A DNA stretch of 64,000 nucleotides from Candidatus Hadarchaeota archaeon (lineage in GTDB: Archaea > Hadarchaeota > Hadarchaeia > Hadarchaeales > JAGGTB01). Made by a program: the position numbers and the translations under genes. Positions 1 to 9,382 of the stretch are shown here, one piece after another. The stretch is from the NCBI GenBank assembly GCA_964384105.1, contig CAYLJV010000001.1:384001-448000 (forward strand), given 5' to 3'. Numbering within the stretch: the first letter of the stretch is position 1; each line of letters begins with the position of its first letter. The notes beneath the pieces are model-generated. The model saw only the letters and a program-made list of their open reading frames with translations, did not search any database and was not told the origin of the DNA.

Positions 1-855
1 GATTGCATAAAATCCAAAGTTACCTGTAATTCCCCCCACTCCAAAGAAAAATTCACCAACCACAAGGGAGGTACCTGCTAACCCACAAATAGCTCCACTT
101 AAAAACATTGCTAAAATTGTTATACGTCCCGAATTAATTCCTGCATATTCTGCAGCGTATGGATTCTTTCCGACTACATTTAACTTAAAACCGAAGCATG
201 TTTTATTCATTAACAGATATATAATTGGAATCAACGCAAGAGCAAATAGAAATATAGTGTTTAGTGGTTCGATTATGAATGGAAAACGAAGACTATTAGG
301 TATAAAATCCGTTCTTGGATACGCTATTAGGCCGGCAGGATTCCAGGGACCAGCTATTAGGTAGCTGAGAAAAGCAAGCACTATAAAATTCTGCATTAGT
401 GTAATGGGTATTTCGTGTATTTCCATTTTTGATTTTAAGAAGCCTGCGAATGAGCCCCAAATACCTCCTAAAAAGAAACTCAATGAAAATGCAAGGATGA
501 TAATCAATATACTTGGAAGGTCGATAAATAAACAAACCCCCAAAGTTGCGATTACTCCAAGAGCAATTTGTCCTTCTCCACCTACATTCCAAAGCTTGGA
601 TTTAAAAGCAATAAGTAAACCGAGCGATGTAATTAAAAGAGGAACAGTTTTTGTCATTGAATTTAAAATGCCGGATTTCGAAAAAAAGCTGCCATTAAAA
701 AAAGCTTTTGAAACATCGAAAAAAGGAACATTTTCGAAAGACGATATAGCCAACAAGCCGAGACTAACTGCAGAAAAAACAATAACTAAAAAAAGGAGGG
801 GTTTGCTCAATAGCCTAGCCAATTTTCCTGGAGATAAATTTATTTTTTTGGCCAT
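1..855 (-). CDS. ABC transporter permease, nucleoside/CUT2 type (partial, runs off window start)
   Basis: Manual translation from ATG at 855: MAKKINLSPG...LIAFKSKLWNVGGEGQIALG...; hydrophobic; paralogous to 16442..17482; directly downstream of the ATPase. Not in the ORF track because it is truncated by the window edge. Confidence 0.88.
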   Translation of the reverse strand, partial: MAKKINLSPGKLARLLSKPLLFLVIVFSAVSLGLLAISSFENVPFFDVSKAFFNGSFFSKSGILNSMTKTVPLLITSLGLLIAFKSKLWNVGGEGQIALGVIATLGVCLFIDLPSILIIILAFSLSFFLGGIWGSFAGFLKSKMEIHEIPITLMQNFIVLAFLSYLIAGPWNPAGLIAYPRTDFIPNSLRFPFIIEPLNTIFLFALALIPIIYLLMNKTCFGFKLNVVGKNPYAAEYAGINSGRITILAMFLSGAICGLAGTSLVVGEFFFGVGGITGNFGFYAI

Positions 856-862
856 AGAAATC

Positions 863-2374
863 CTAGTTTCCTCCCATTATAAGTCCGATTTCTTCTTTTT
901 TTGCTGAGGATGGAACTATATCTCTAATTCTCCCTTCGTAAATTATCGCTATTCTATCACTCATTAATTTTAGTTCTTCTAGACTCTCAGAAATTAAGAT
1001 AATAGAAGAACCAGCTTCTACTTCTTTTTTCAATAATTCCCTAATTTGCTCTATCGAGCCTACATCTAACCCCCTTGTTGGATAACAAGCTACCAAGAGT
1101 TTGGGATTTTTATACAACTCTCTTGCAATTAAAATCTTCTGAAGATTTCCACCAGAACAGCTTTTAGCTAGGTCTTTCTCAGTTGATACCTTAATATTAT
1201 ATTCTTTAATCAGACGTTTTGCATAATCCCGTATTTTCTCATCGTTGAGAAAGCAATTGAAATTTCGTAAAAAAGGGATATTGAAGCTCATTCTAAAATT
1301 TGCCTCGTTCTGATGTTTTAAAAATAAGTTATCACAAACAGGAATTTCATTTACAATTCCTACCTTTATTCTATCCTCAGGTATATATCCTATCCCGAGT
1401 TCCTTAATCTCTTTCGGAGATAGGGCAGTAATATCATTATTAAGGAAAACAACTTTCCCCTTTTCGGCTTTTCTCAACCCGGTTATTACTTCGGCTAATT
1501 CCTTTTGTCCATTTCCAGATACTCCAGCTATACCCAGTATCTCTTTTTCCTTTAAATCGAAAGATACACCACTCAACTTCAAGAAACCTTCATCACCCCT
1601 AGCTTGAAGGTTTTGAACCGTTAGAACAGTTTTACCTTTTTCTATCTTTTTTCTCTTGACTTTGAATAAAACATCTCTTCCTACCATCGCTTTTGCTAAT
1701 TTTTTTTCTCCTACATTTTTTGTTTTAACACAATCGACAACTTTTCCTTTCCGAAGTATAGTAATTCTGTCGCTTATTTCGAGAACTTCACGAAGTTTGT
1801 GTGTAATGAAAATTACTGACATTCCCTTTTCTCTGACCGATTTCCTAACGAAATTCATTAGTTCCTTTGCTTCTTTTGGTGTTAACATAGCAGTGGGTTC
1901 GTCAAGAATAAGGATTTCCGCTCCCCAGTACAGAGTTTTTATTATTTCGACTCTTTGTTGTTCCCCAACAGAAAGATTTTTCACCTTGGCTTTGGGTGAA
2001 ATTGAAAGTCCATTTTCACTTGAGAGTTCTGACAAAAGATTCGAAGTGGAGTTTAAATTTAATAATAAACCTTCTGGAGGCTTGCCTAAAGCTACGTTTT
2101 CAGTAACTGTAAGTGTAGGTATAAGCATAAAATGTTGGTGTACCATTCCGACTCCAAGTTTAAGTGCTTCCTTTGGCGAGTTTATAATGGTTTTCTCGCC
2201 TCGAATTAGTATTTCGCCTTCGTCTGATTGGTAAAGACCATATAATATTTTCATTAAGGTAGTTTTACCTGCACCATTCTCTCCAAGTAGTGCATGGACT
2301 TCTCCAGGTTTCAAATCAAAGTTAATATCTTTGTTAGCTATGGTTCCTGGAAAAGTTTTTGTAATCCCTCGCAT
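863..2374 (-). CDS. ABC transporter ATP-binding protein, two-NBD sugar/nucleoside (CUT2) type
   Basis: Walker A GENGAGKT, LSVGEQQRVEI, ILDEPT, second domain SGGNLQK and PTRGLDVG. Confidence 0.95.
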   Translation of the reverse strand: MRGITKTFPGTIANKDINFDLKPGEVHALLGENGAGKTTLMKILYGLYQSDEGEILIRGEKTIINSPKEALKLGVGMVHQHFMLIPTLTVTENVALGKPPEGLLLNLNSTSNLLSELSSENGLSISPKAKVKNLSVGEQQRVEIIKTLYWGAEILILDEPTAMLTPKEAKELMNFVRKSVREKGMSVIFITHKLREVLEISDRITILRKGKVVDCVKTKNVGEKKLAKAMVGRDVLFKVKRKKIEKGKTVLTVQNLQARGDEGFLKLSGVSFDLKEKEILGIAGVSGNGQKELAEVITGLRKAEKGKVVFLNNDITALSPKEIKELGIGYIPEDRIKVGIVNEIPVCDNLFLKHQNEANFRMSFNIPFLRNFNCFLNDEKIRDYAKRLIKEYNIKVSTEKDLAKSCSGGNLQKILIARELYKNPKLLVACYPTRGLDVGSIEQIRELLKKEVEAGSSIILISESLEELKLMSDRIAIIYEGRIRDIVPSSAKKEEIGLIMGGN

Positions 2375-2727
2375 TTCTACTACTTTTTCCCCATTTTTAA
2401 AAATCAGAAAAAAAGTTCCCAGCCATATTTTAAGTTTATTATTATCTTTTTAAAGAACTTTTCGTATTACAATTTTAGATATGTCTCCTTAAATCGTCTT
2501 AGAAAATCCAAGTTCTGCGTTTTCATTTTTAAAGGATTTATTCTGATAGAGGTCTATAGTTTTGATTAATTGTCTCTGTAGTAGTATTTTATCTACATTA
2601 TTCTGTTTAGCAGTATTAGGTACATAATTTTATGACTTTATTGAATAAGCATCCTTAATTACAACTTCTTTTCTAAAATAGCCTTGATTTTTCAATCAAA
2701 ACCGGCATTTGATAAAGCTAATTATGA

Positions 2728-3130
2728 CATAAAATCTATATAATACCAAGGCACCTATTATTAAACATATGTCTAAAACCTTGGAAAGTATATTGGGGGA
2801 GTACAAGGATAAAACTAGTGAATCAAAGAAAGTATGGGAAAGGCTCAGAAAGAGTATTGTCGATGGTGTAGGATGTGCGGGTAGATACTATAGACCCTAT
2901 CCCCTTGTTGTAGATAAAGCTGAAGGGTCTCGAATTTGGGATGTTGATGGTAATGAGTACATCGACTTTTACTTTGATTGGGGTCCACTGGTTTTAGGGC
3001 ATTCCAACCCGAAGATTGTAAAAGCCCTTAAGGAGCAGGCTGAAAAGGGAACCATGTATGGTCTGCCTTACGAAAAACTAGCAGATTATGTTGAGGAGTT
3101 AAAGAAGCGTTATCCTGCTGATCTTTTTAG
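2728..3130 (+). repeat. 403-bp exact direct repeat, copy 1 (promoter plus 5' part of aminotransferase gene)
   Basis: Identical to 4584..4986 (offset 1856). Confidence 0.93.
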
Positions 3131-4112
3131 ATTGACAAACTCAGGTACTGAAGCAACATTGCATGCAATAAGGACTGCAAGAGGATATACGGGTAAGGAT
3201 AAGATAGTGAAGATGGAGGGGGGTTTCCACGGAATTCATAATGATGTACTCGTAAGCTTTTACCCACCGGTAAGTAAAGTTGGTCCCAGCTGGGCGCCTT
3301 CACCGTATTTGGACTCATCAGGGGTCCCCTCGGATACAAGGAAAAACACTTTGGTGGCTCCTTTTAATGATATAGCTGCTCTTGAGAGTCTTTTCAGGAA
3401 ACATGAGGGTGAAATTGCTGCTGTGATAGTGGAGCCGGTAATGTTGTTTCATGGGGTGATTCCGCCAAAGGAAGGCTATCTGAAAAATGTCAGGAAGCTC
3501 ACCGAGGAATACAATGTTGTTCTAATTTTTGATGAGGTTAAAACTGGGAGCAAAATTGCTTATGGTGGAGCCTGTAAATATTTTGATGTTGTCCCAGACA
3601 TGTTAACTTTGGGTAAAGCTATTGGATGTGGCCTGCCAATTGCTGCTTTTGGTGGTAAGGAGGAGATAATGAACGAAGTTAGCCAGCAGGGATCAGGGGT
3701 ACATATCGGAACTTACAATGGAAACCCACTTTCTATTAGTGGTGGCCTGGCGGGTCTTAGGAGTCTAACGAGAGATGTGTACAAAAAAATGGACAAGTTA
3801 AGTGAAATGTTAGGAGATGGAATTCAAGATTGTCTGGATGATGAGGGGTTAACTGGTCGTGTTCAACGCGTGTCGAGTATTGGGGCAGTATATTTAGGGA
3901 TAAGTGAAGAGATTAGAAACTTTAGAGAGGCTGCTCGGGTTAATATAGATTTAGGTTGGAGGTACTGGCTTTCCATGGTGAATGAGGGGATATTTTTCTC
4001 GCCGGGTACTGGTGCTGGTGGAAATTGGCATCTTTCGAGTGTACATACTAAGCGGGATATAGAAAAAGTTCTAGAAAAGAACAAAATGATAATTCAGGAA
4101 CTTAGTGATTAG
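2769..4112 (+). CDS. Class-III PLP aminotransferase, glutamate-1-semialdehyde aminomutase (HemL)-like, copy 1
   Basis: WDVDGNEYID, GPLVLGH, NSGTEAT, FDEVKTG, TLGKAIG (PLP lysine), GTYNGNP. Confidence 0.9.
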   Translation: MSKTLESILGEYKDKTSESKKVWERLRKSIVDGVGCAGRYYRPYPLVVDKAEGSRIWDVDGNEYIDFYFDWGPLVLGHSNPKIVKALKEQAEKGTMYGLPYEKLADYVEELKKRYPADLFRLTNSGTEATLHAIRTARGYTGKDKIVKMEGGFHGIHNDVLVSFYPPVSKVGPSWAPSPYLDSSGVPSDTRKNTLVAPFNDIAALESLFRKHEGEIAAVIVEPVMLFHGVIPPKEGYLKNVRKLTEEYNVVLIFDEVKTGSKIAYGGACKYFDVVPDMLTLGKAIGCGLPIAAFGGKEEIMNEVSQQGSGVHIGTYNGNPLSISGGLAGLRSLTRDVYKKMDKLSEMLGDGIQDCLDDEGLTGRVQRVSSIGAVYLGISEEIRNFREAARVNIDLGWRYWLSMVNEGIFFSPGTGAGGNWHLSSVHTKRDIEKVLEKNKMIIQELSD

Positions 4113-4200
4113 TATTCTATCGCAATTATTACTCAACAGAAATGGGTAGTTAGTGCAGGGACTTAAATATACAAATATACAAAGTTAACAGTGTTATAAA

Positions 4201-4497
4201 ATGGTGAAGGTTAGGATAATACCAAAAGTGAAAAACTCCCCTAAAGAAACCGTAATCAAAGGTGAATCAGTAAAAGATGTTATATTGAAATTGCATGAAA
4301 AGCATAGCATCCCCAAGAAAATATATAATAAACATTTAAAGAAGATGATAAGTCCGTTTAGGGGTTTAATAGTACTCCTAAATGGGAAAGCAGTTGGAAA
4401 TTTTGCGGACAAAGAGTATGTCCCGCTATCTGGAGTCGACCAATCAGTTAAAGAAGAAGACGAAATTATTATTATTTTTCCTGCTGCTGGAGGATAA
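4201..4497 (+). CDS. MoaD/ThiS/SAMP ubiquitin-like sulfur carrier
   Basis: 98 aa, beta-grasp pattern (IVLLNG...DEIIIIFPAAGG), C-terminal GG. Confidence 0.85.
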   Translation: MVKVRIIPKVKNSPKETVIKGESVKDVILKLHEKHSIPKKIYNKHLKKMISPFRGLIVLLNGKAVGNFADKEYVPLSGVDQSVKEEDEIIIIFPAAGG

Positions 4498-4583
4498 CTA
4501 CGGTAAATTCTATTAATAGAAACTACGAAGTTGGGTTACTGCAGTTATTCAATTTCTAAAATAATTTTTTGGAATTAAGTGAG

Positions 4584-4986
4584 CATAAAATCTATATAAT
4601 ACCAAGGCACCTATTATTAAACATATGTCTAAAACCTTGGAAAGTATATTGGGGGAGTACAAGGATAAAACTAGTGAATCAAAGAAAGTATGGGAAAGGC
4701 TCAGAAAGAGTATTGTCGATGGTGTAGGATGTGCGGGTAGATACTATAGACCCTATCCCCTTGTTGTAGATAAAGCTGAAGGGTCTCGAATTTGGGATGT
4801 TGATGGTAATGAGTACATCGACTTTTACTTTGATTGGGGTCCACTGGTTTTAGGGCATTCCAACCCGAAGATTGTAAAAGCCCTTAAGGAGCAGGCTGAA
4901 AAGGGAACCATGTATGGTCTGCCTTACGAAAAACTAGCAGATTATGTTGAGGAGTTAAAGAAGCGTTATCCTGCTGATCTTTTTAG
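4584..4986 (+). repeat. 403-bp exact direct repeat, copy 2
   Basis: Identical to 2728..3130. Confidence 0.93.
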
Positions 4987-5968
4987 GTTAACAAATTCTG
5001 GCACGGAGGCAACAATGCACGCTATAAGAACTGCAAGAGGCTATACTGGTAAAGATAAAATAGTAAAAATGGAGGGGTGCTTCCACGGTTCTCATAATGA
5101 TGTACTCGTAAGTATATTCCCACCATTGGGCAAGGCAGGTCCAAGCTGGGCTCCTTCTCAGCATTTGGCTTCTTCCGGTGTTCCAGCGAATATAAAGGAA
5201 AATACATTAATCGCGCCCTTTAATAATATAGAGTCTTTAGAGAATCTTTTTAAGAAACATCAGGGAGAAATTGCGGCTGTAATAATGGAGCCGGTTCCTA
5301 TGTTTATGGGAGTAGTTCCACCGATGGATGGTTATCTAGAAGCTGTTAGGGAGCTTACTGAGGAACATAATGTTGTTTTGATATTTGACGAGGTCAAGAC
5401 TGGATGTAAAATTGCTTACGGAGGCGCCTGTGAATATTTCGATATAGTTCCTGATATGATAGCTTTAGGTAAAGCTATAGGGTGTGGTTTACCAATTGGG
5501 GCTTTTGGAGGTAAGGAAGAGATAATGAGTGAAATTAGTCATGGAGGTTCTGGGAAACATATGGGAACTTATAATGCAAATCCACTTTCTATTAGCGGCG
5601 GCTTGGCAGGTCTTAGGAGTCTAACGAGAGATGTGTACAAAAAAATGGACAAGTTAAGTGAAATGTTAGGAGATGGAATTCAAGATTGTCTGGAAGACGA
5701 AGGTATAATCGGCCGTGTACAACGTGTATCCAGTATTGGGGCAATATATCTAGGTATAGATGAAGAAGTGACGAACCTTCGAGAGGCAGCTAGCGTTGAT
5801 ATGGCTTTAGGTTGGAGGTACTGGCTTTCGATGCTTAATGAAGGAATTCTTTTCTCGACGGGTACTGGTGCTGGCGGGAATTGGCATCTTTCGAGTGTTC
5901 ATACGAAGCAGGATATAGAAGAGGTTCTAGAAAAAAACAGGGTGGTATTACAACAGATTAAGGATTGA
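4625..5968 (+). CDS. Class-III PLP aminotransferase, HemL-like, copy 2
   Basis: Same length (447 aa) and motifs as copy 1; ALGKAIG, GTYNANP. Confidence 0.9.
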   Translation: MSKTLESILGEYKDKTSESKKVWERLRKSIVDGVGCAGRYYRPYPLVVDKAEGSRIWDVDGNEYIDFYFDWGPLVLGHSNPKIVKALKEQAEKGTMYGLPYEKLADYVEELKKRYPADLFRLTNSGTEATMHAIRTARGYTGKDKIVKMEGCFHGSHNDVLVSIFPPLGKAGPSWAPSQHLASSGVPANIKENTLIAPFNNIESLENLFKKHQGEIAAVIMEPVPMFMGVVPPMDGYLEAVRELTEEHNVVLIFDEVKTGCKIAYGGACEYFDIVPDMIALGKAIGCGLPIGAFGGKEEIMSEISHGGSGKHMGTYNANPLSISGGLAGLRSLTRDVYKKMDKLSEMLGDGIQDCLEDEGIIGRVQRVSSIGAIYLGIDEEVTNLREAASVDMALGWRYWLSMLNEGILFSTGTGAGGNWHLSSVHTKQDIEEVLEKNRVVLQQIKD

Positions 5969-6146
5969 AATAGATTTAGTTGTGTTTTTATTTTTTTCGC
6001 ATGTAGAAGCAAATATTACACTTCTATGATGAATTTGACTGATATTTAAGTTTTATTTCAAAATTAGTAATTTCTTATTGTATTCATTGATAATATTTAA
6101 AAATAGAAATAAATGAAAATTCTAAATCTGAATTCTATGAAAGGTT

Positions 6147-6677
6147 TCAGCAGGGGGTAATTTGTAGTCCTCCGTCTTCTCTTAATTTAAAATGATAGTT
6201 CTTACAGTGGATATCTAGAATATTCAAGTTTCCTGTATTTTTTAGATCGATATTTTTAATAAAATCAAATTCAATTAAAAATCGATTTGGAACAAATTCT
6301 TTGTGTTCGGGTTCATTTTTCCCGAAAATTTTGAATATTTCACTTAGAGAGCTTGGGTCTTTTTTACTTTCTCTAAATATTTTTAGAGCTTTCTTTTCCG
6401 AAATTTCTTTTCGTTCTGTTTTGAGATTACTATTTTTGTCAATGATCCCTAACAAAAGTTTGTCTTCAAGTCGGACTATCGAGGTCGAAAAGTCTCCGTG
6501 GTTATCGATAATCAGCTCAGATCCTTCTTTCTTAAGCTTATCGAGAAAATCCTGCTCGTCTTTATTTTCTATTTTTATGTTTGTAAATTCAATTAGGTTT
6601 TCATTGAAGAATTCATAGGTCCACGCAATATTTTTTATTTTATAGTCCAATTCTCGGGTTAAATCTACTTTCTTCAT
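6147..6677 (-). CDS. Hypothetical protein
   Basis: 176-aa ORF with ATG start and host-like composition; no recognisable motif. Confidence 0.6.
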   Translation of the reverse strand: MKKVDLTRELDYKIKNIAWTYEFFNENLIEFTNIKIENKDEQDFLDKLKKEGSELIIDNHGDFSTSIVRLEDKLLLGIIDKNSNLKTERKEISEKKALKIFRESKKDPSSLSEIFKIFGKNEPEHKEFVPNRFLIEFDFIKNIDLKNTGNLNILDIHCKNYHFKLREDGGLQITPC

Positions 6678-6877
6678 AAAATTTTCACATCTTTATAATG
6701 GGTTTATTTTTACAAAATTTTAAAGTATATAATTCTTTGGCATATTTGTTCAGTACTTTGTTCTTTTTACTTTATATCTAATATCTACATTGAAACCGTG
6801 CTCTCTTTGTGATATCAAACATATTCATTACTGGACCTTCAGTAAGCTATATATACAACCGTTTGAGACTTTTACAT

Positions 6878-7357
6878 ATGCTTTACTTAAGACCAGAAAA
6901 ATGTGTTGGATGTAGGTCTTGTGAACTTGCTTGTTCGTTTGAACATTATAAAGAAAATAATCCGGCGAGGGCTTTAATTTATGTTGTAAAAGAGGAGGAG
7001 GGTATAGACTATCCAGTCATATGTCAACATTGTGACGATGCCCCCTGTATAGAGGTCTGCCCTAAAGACGCTATTATTAGGGATCCTGATACAAATGCAG
7101 TAAAAATTCTAAGAGATGAGTGTATCGGATGTAGAGCTTGTATTAATGTTTGTCCTTTTGGCGCTATATTTGTGGATCCCAAAACGGGTGATGTTTTTAA
7201 GTGTGACTTATGTGATGGGAATCCTAAGTGTGCCGAAATTTGTCCCGTTGATGCTATCATATTTGATTCGAGGAAGGATGTTGGACCACGATTGCTCAGT
7301 CGTTCTAAGTCCAGTGATATTGTTAAATATATAAGAAAAGATAGGAGTGAAAAGTGA
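6878..7357 (+). CDS. 4Fe-4S dicluster protein (AOR small/electron-transfer subunit)
   Basis: Four Cys clusters (CVGCRSCELAC, CQHCDDAPCIEVCP, CIGCRACINVCP, KCDLC..C...CP); ATG 6878 preferred over the ORF-track start 6809 because it follows the TATA at ~6847-6855. Confidence 0.9.
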   Translation: MLYLRPEKCVGCRSCELACSFEHYKENNPARALIYVVKEEEGIDYPVICQHCDDAPCIEVCPKDAIIRDPDTNAVKILRDECIGCRACINVCPFGAIFVDPKTGDVFKCDLCDGNPKCAEICPVDAIIFDSRKDVGPRLLSRSKSSDIVKYIRKDRSEK

Positions 7358-9269
7358 AATGTTTGGGTGGAACGATACAAATTTAAGAATAGACTTGGAT
7401 CGCCAGAAAATCGTAAAGGAACCCTTGAGCGAGGAACTTGCAATGAATTTTTTGGGAGGGGCGGGTATAAACGCAAAGATTTTGTACGATGAGACTGGTC
7501 CAGAAGTTGGACCGTTAGATCCAGGGAACAGATTAATTTTTGGAACTGGTCCTCTTTGTGGAACTTTAGCTCCGGGAAGTGCTCGATACGAGGCCACTGC
7601 TAAAGGACCATTAACGTTTGCTTTTAGCGATAGTAACTCGGGTGGTCATTTTGGTCCAGAGATTAAGTACGCAGGTTATGAGCATGTTATATTTCAGGGT
7701 AGGGCAAAAAACCCGGTATACTTATGGATTGATGATGATCATGTTGAGCTAAAAGACGCTAGCCAATTATGGGGTGAGGATGTCTGGGTGACCGATGAAG
7801 TGATAAAAGAAGAAATTGGGGATCCAGATTTGAAAATTGCTGCAATTGGCCCTCCTGGCGAAAATCTTGTTCGCTATGCTGCTGTGATAAATGATAGAGC
7901 TAGGGCTCTAGGTTGGAGTGGTACAGGGGCCGTTATGGGTTCAAAAAATCTCAAAGCTATTGCTGTTAGGGGAACGAAAGGAGTTCAGTTGGCTGATCCA
8001 GAGGAATTTGAAAGAATAAGTAAAAAGTGCCGAGAAATGGTTTTGAATTCTCAATTGATGGAGACTTATGGCTACTATGGAAAACCATATTTGAACTATT
8101 TGAGAAATGAACTTCAAAAATCTAATCCAACAAAGAACTATAAACTACCTAGAGTTCCTTCTTCCGAATTCCCAAAGGTTGGAAATGAGGCCTTTGATGA
8201 ATTAATAATAGGGTGGAAATCTTGCTTTAACTGTCCTCTTCATTGTGGACATATGCTTGAAGCAAAATCGGGTCCTTATTCAGGTTTGAAGGGGGAAGGA
8301 TTTGAATATAACCAGCAGATCGATGGGCAGATGATGGGAATATATGATCTGAATTTTGTTCTCAAGTGGACTGTAGAAACGAATCGATTAGGGTTTGACT
8401 GTGATGGTCCAGCCTATGCTATTGCATGGGCTATGGAGCTATGGGAGAAGGGTTTGATTTCTGAGAAGGATACGGATGGAATAGAGCTAGTTTGGGGAAA
8501 TAAAGATGCTGCTCTTTCTATGCTAGATAAGATAGCTAAGCGCGAAGGCTTTGGAGATTTACTAGCGGAGGGTATAGAAGTTGCGGCCAAAAAGTTTGGG
8601 AAAAATTCAAGCGATTTTGCTTATCATATAAAGGGTGGTAGGATTGAAATAGATCCTCGGACTGGTTGGGCCACAGCACTATCACATGCTACATCTACTC
8701 GTGGGTCAGACCATCTTAAGGGCATGCCACTTAGCGATGCTTTTGGTGTTTGGAAAGGAATCCCATATGATTTTACTGATGATAGTGATACTGAGTATAA
8801 ACATGAGGCAGTGATCTTCTTTGAAAATATGAATGCTGTTGTAGACTCGATAGGTTTGTGTAAAAATCCTACGTGGGTGCAGAGCGAAGAGTGCCCTGGC
8901 TTGAATGAATTTGCGGCTCTTCTTACTGCAGCTACTGGTCACGAGTTTACAGCTGAGAAACTTTTGTCGATTGGAGAGAGAATATATAATGTTGAAAGAG
9001 CGTATAATGCGAGAGAAGGGCTTACTCGAGAAGATGACACCCCTCCAAAAAAATTCTTTGAAGAACCTATAGATACTAAAATAAAAGTATTGGATAGAGA
9101 GACATTTGAAAAATTAAAGGACAAGTATTATGATGCGCGTGGTTGGGATGTTGATACAGGTAGACCTTTGAGAAAAAAATTGGAAGAGCTTGGATTGACT
9201 TACATAGCAGATGATCTGGAAGACAGAAATGTTGAGGCGCGAAGTCGTGGGAGAAAGGTGGAGGTGTGA
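7347..9269 (+). CDS. aor: Tungsten aldehyde:ferredoxin oxidoreductase family protein (AOR/WOR)
   Basis: SNSGGHFGPEIKYAG, IGPPGENLV, GAVMGSKNLKAIAVRG, CFNCPLHC, YYDARGWD. Confidence 0.92.
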   Translation: MKSEMFGWNDTNLRIDLDRQKIVKEPLSEELAMNFLGGAGINAKILYDETGPEVGPLDPGNRLIFGTGPLCGTLAPGSARYEATAKGPLTFAFSDSNSGGHFGPEIKYAGYEHVIFQGRAKNPVYLWIDDDHVELKDASQLWGEDVWVTDEVIKEEIGDPDLKIAAIGPPGENLVRYAAVINDRARALGWSGTGAVMGSKNLKAIAVRGTKGVQLADPEEFERISKKCREMVLNSQLMETYGYYGKPYLNYLRNELQKSNPTKNYKLPRVPSSEFPKVGNEAFDELIIGWKSCFNCPLHCGHMLEAKSGPYSGLKGEGFEYNQQIDGQMMGIYDLNFVLKWTVETNRLGFDCDGPAYAIAWAMELWEKGLISEKDTDGIELVWGNKDAALSMLDKIAKREGFGDLLAEGIEVAAKKFGKNSSDFAYHIKGGRIEIDPRTGWATALSHATSTRGSDHLKGMPLSDAFGVWKGIPYDFTDDSDTEYKHEAVIFFENMNAVVDSIGLCKNPTWVQSEECPGLNEFAALLTAATGHEFTAEKLLSIGERIYNVERAYNAREGLTREDDTPPKKFFEEPIDTKIKVLDRETFEKLKDKYYDARGWDVDTGRPLRKKLEELGLTYIADDLEDRNVEARSRGRKVEV

Positions 9270-9382
9270 TTCTTGGCCAATATTATTTTCATAGATTCTT
9301 TCCAAGATTTTAAAACGGAAGATATAAGCTCGGAATACCAACAGCGCATTGCAAAAATTATACAAAATGGAACTGATTACTA

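Noticed and set aside
404-2234. Plus-strand ORFs of 167 aa and 192 aa, and many similar antisense ORFs throughout the track
   Set aside because: They are antisense shadows of well-supported genes, with Ser/Phe/Ile-rich composition and no motifs.
2375-2394. Out-of-frame ATG at 2394 that would give MGEKVVEMRG if one base were added
   Set aside because: Could be a homopolymer error or chance. The in-frame ATG at 2374 yields a near-complete protein, so no frameshift is claimed.
2769-5968. Calling the aminotransferases true hemL
   Set aside because: No tetrapyrrole genes nearby, two diverged copies and altered substrate-loop residues; kept as HemL-like only.
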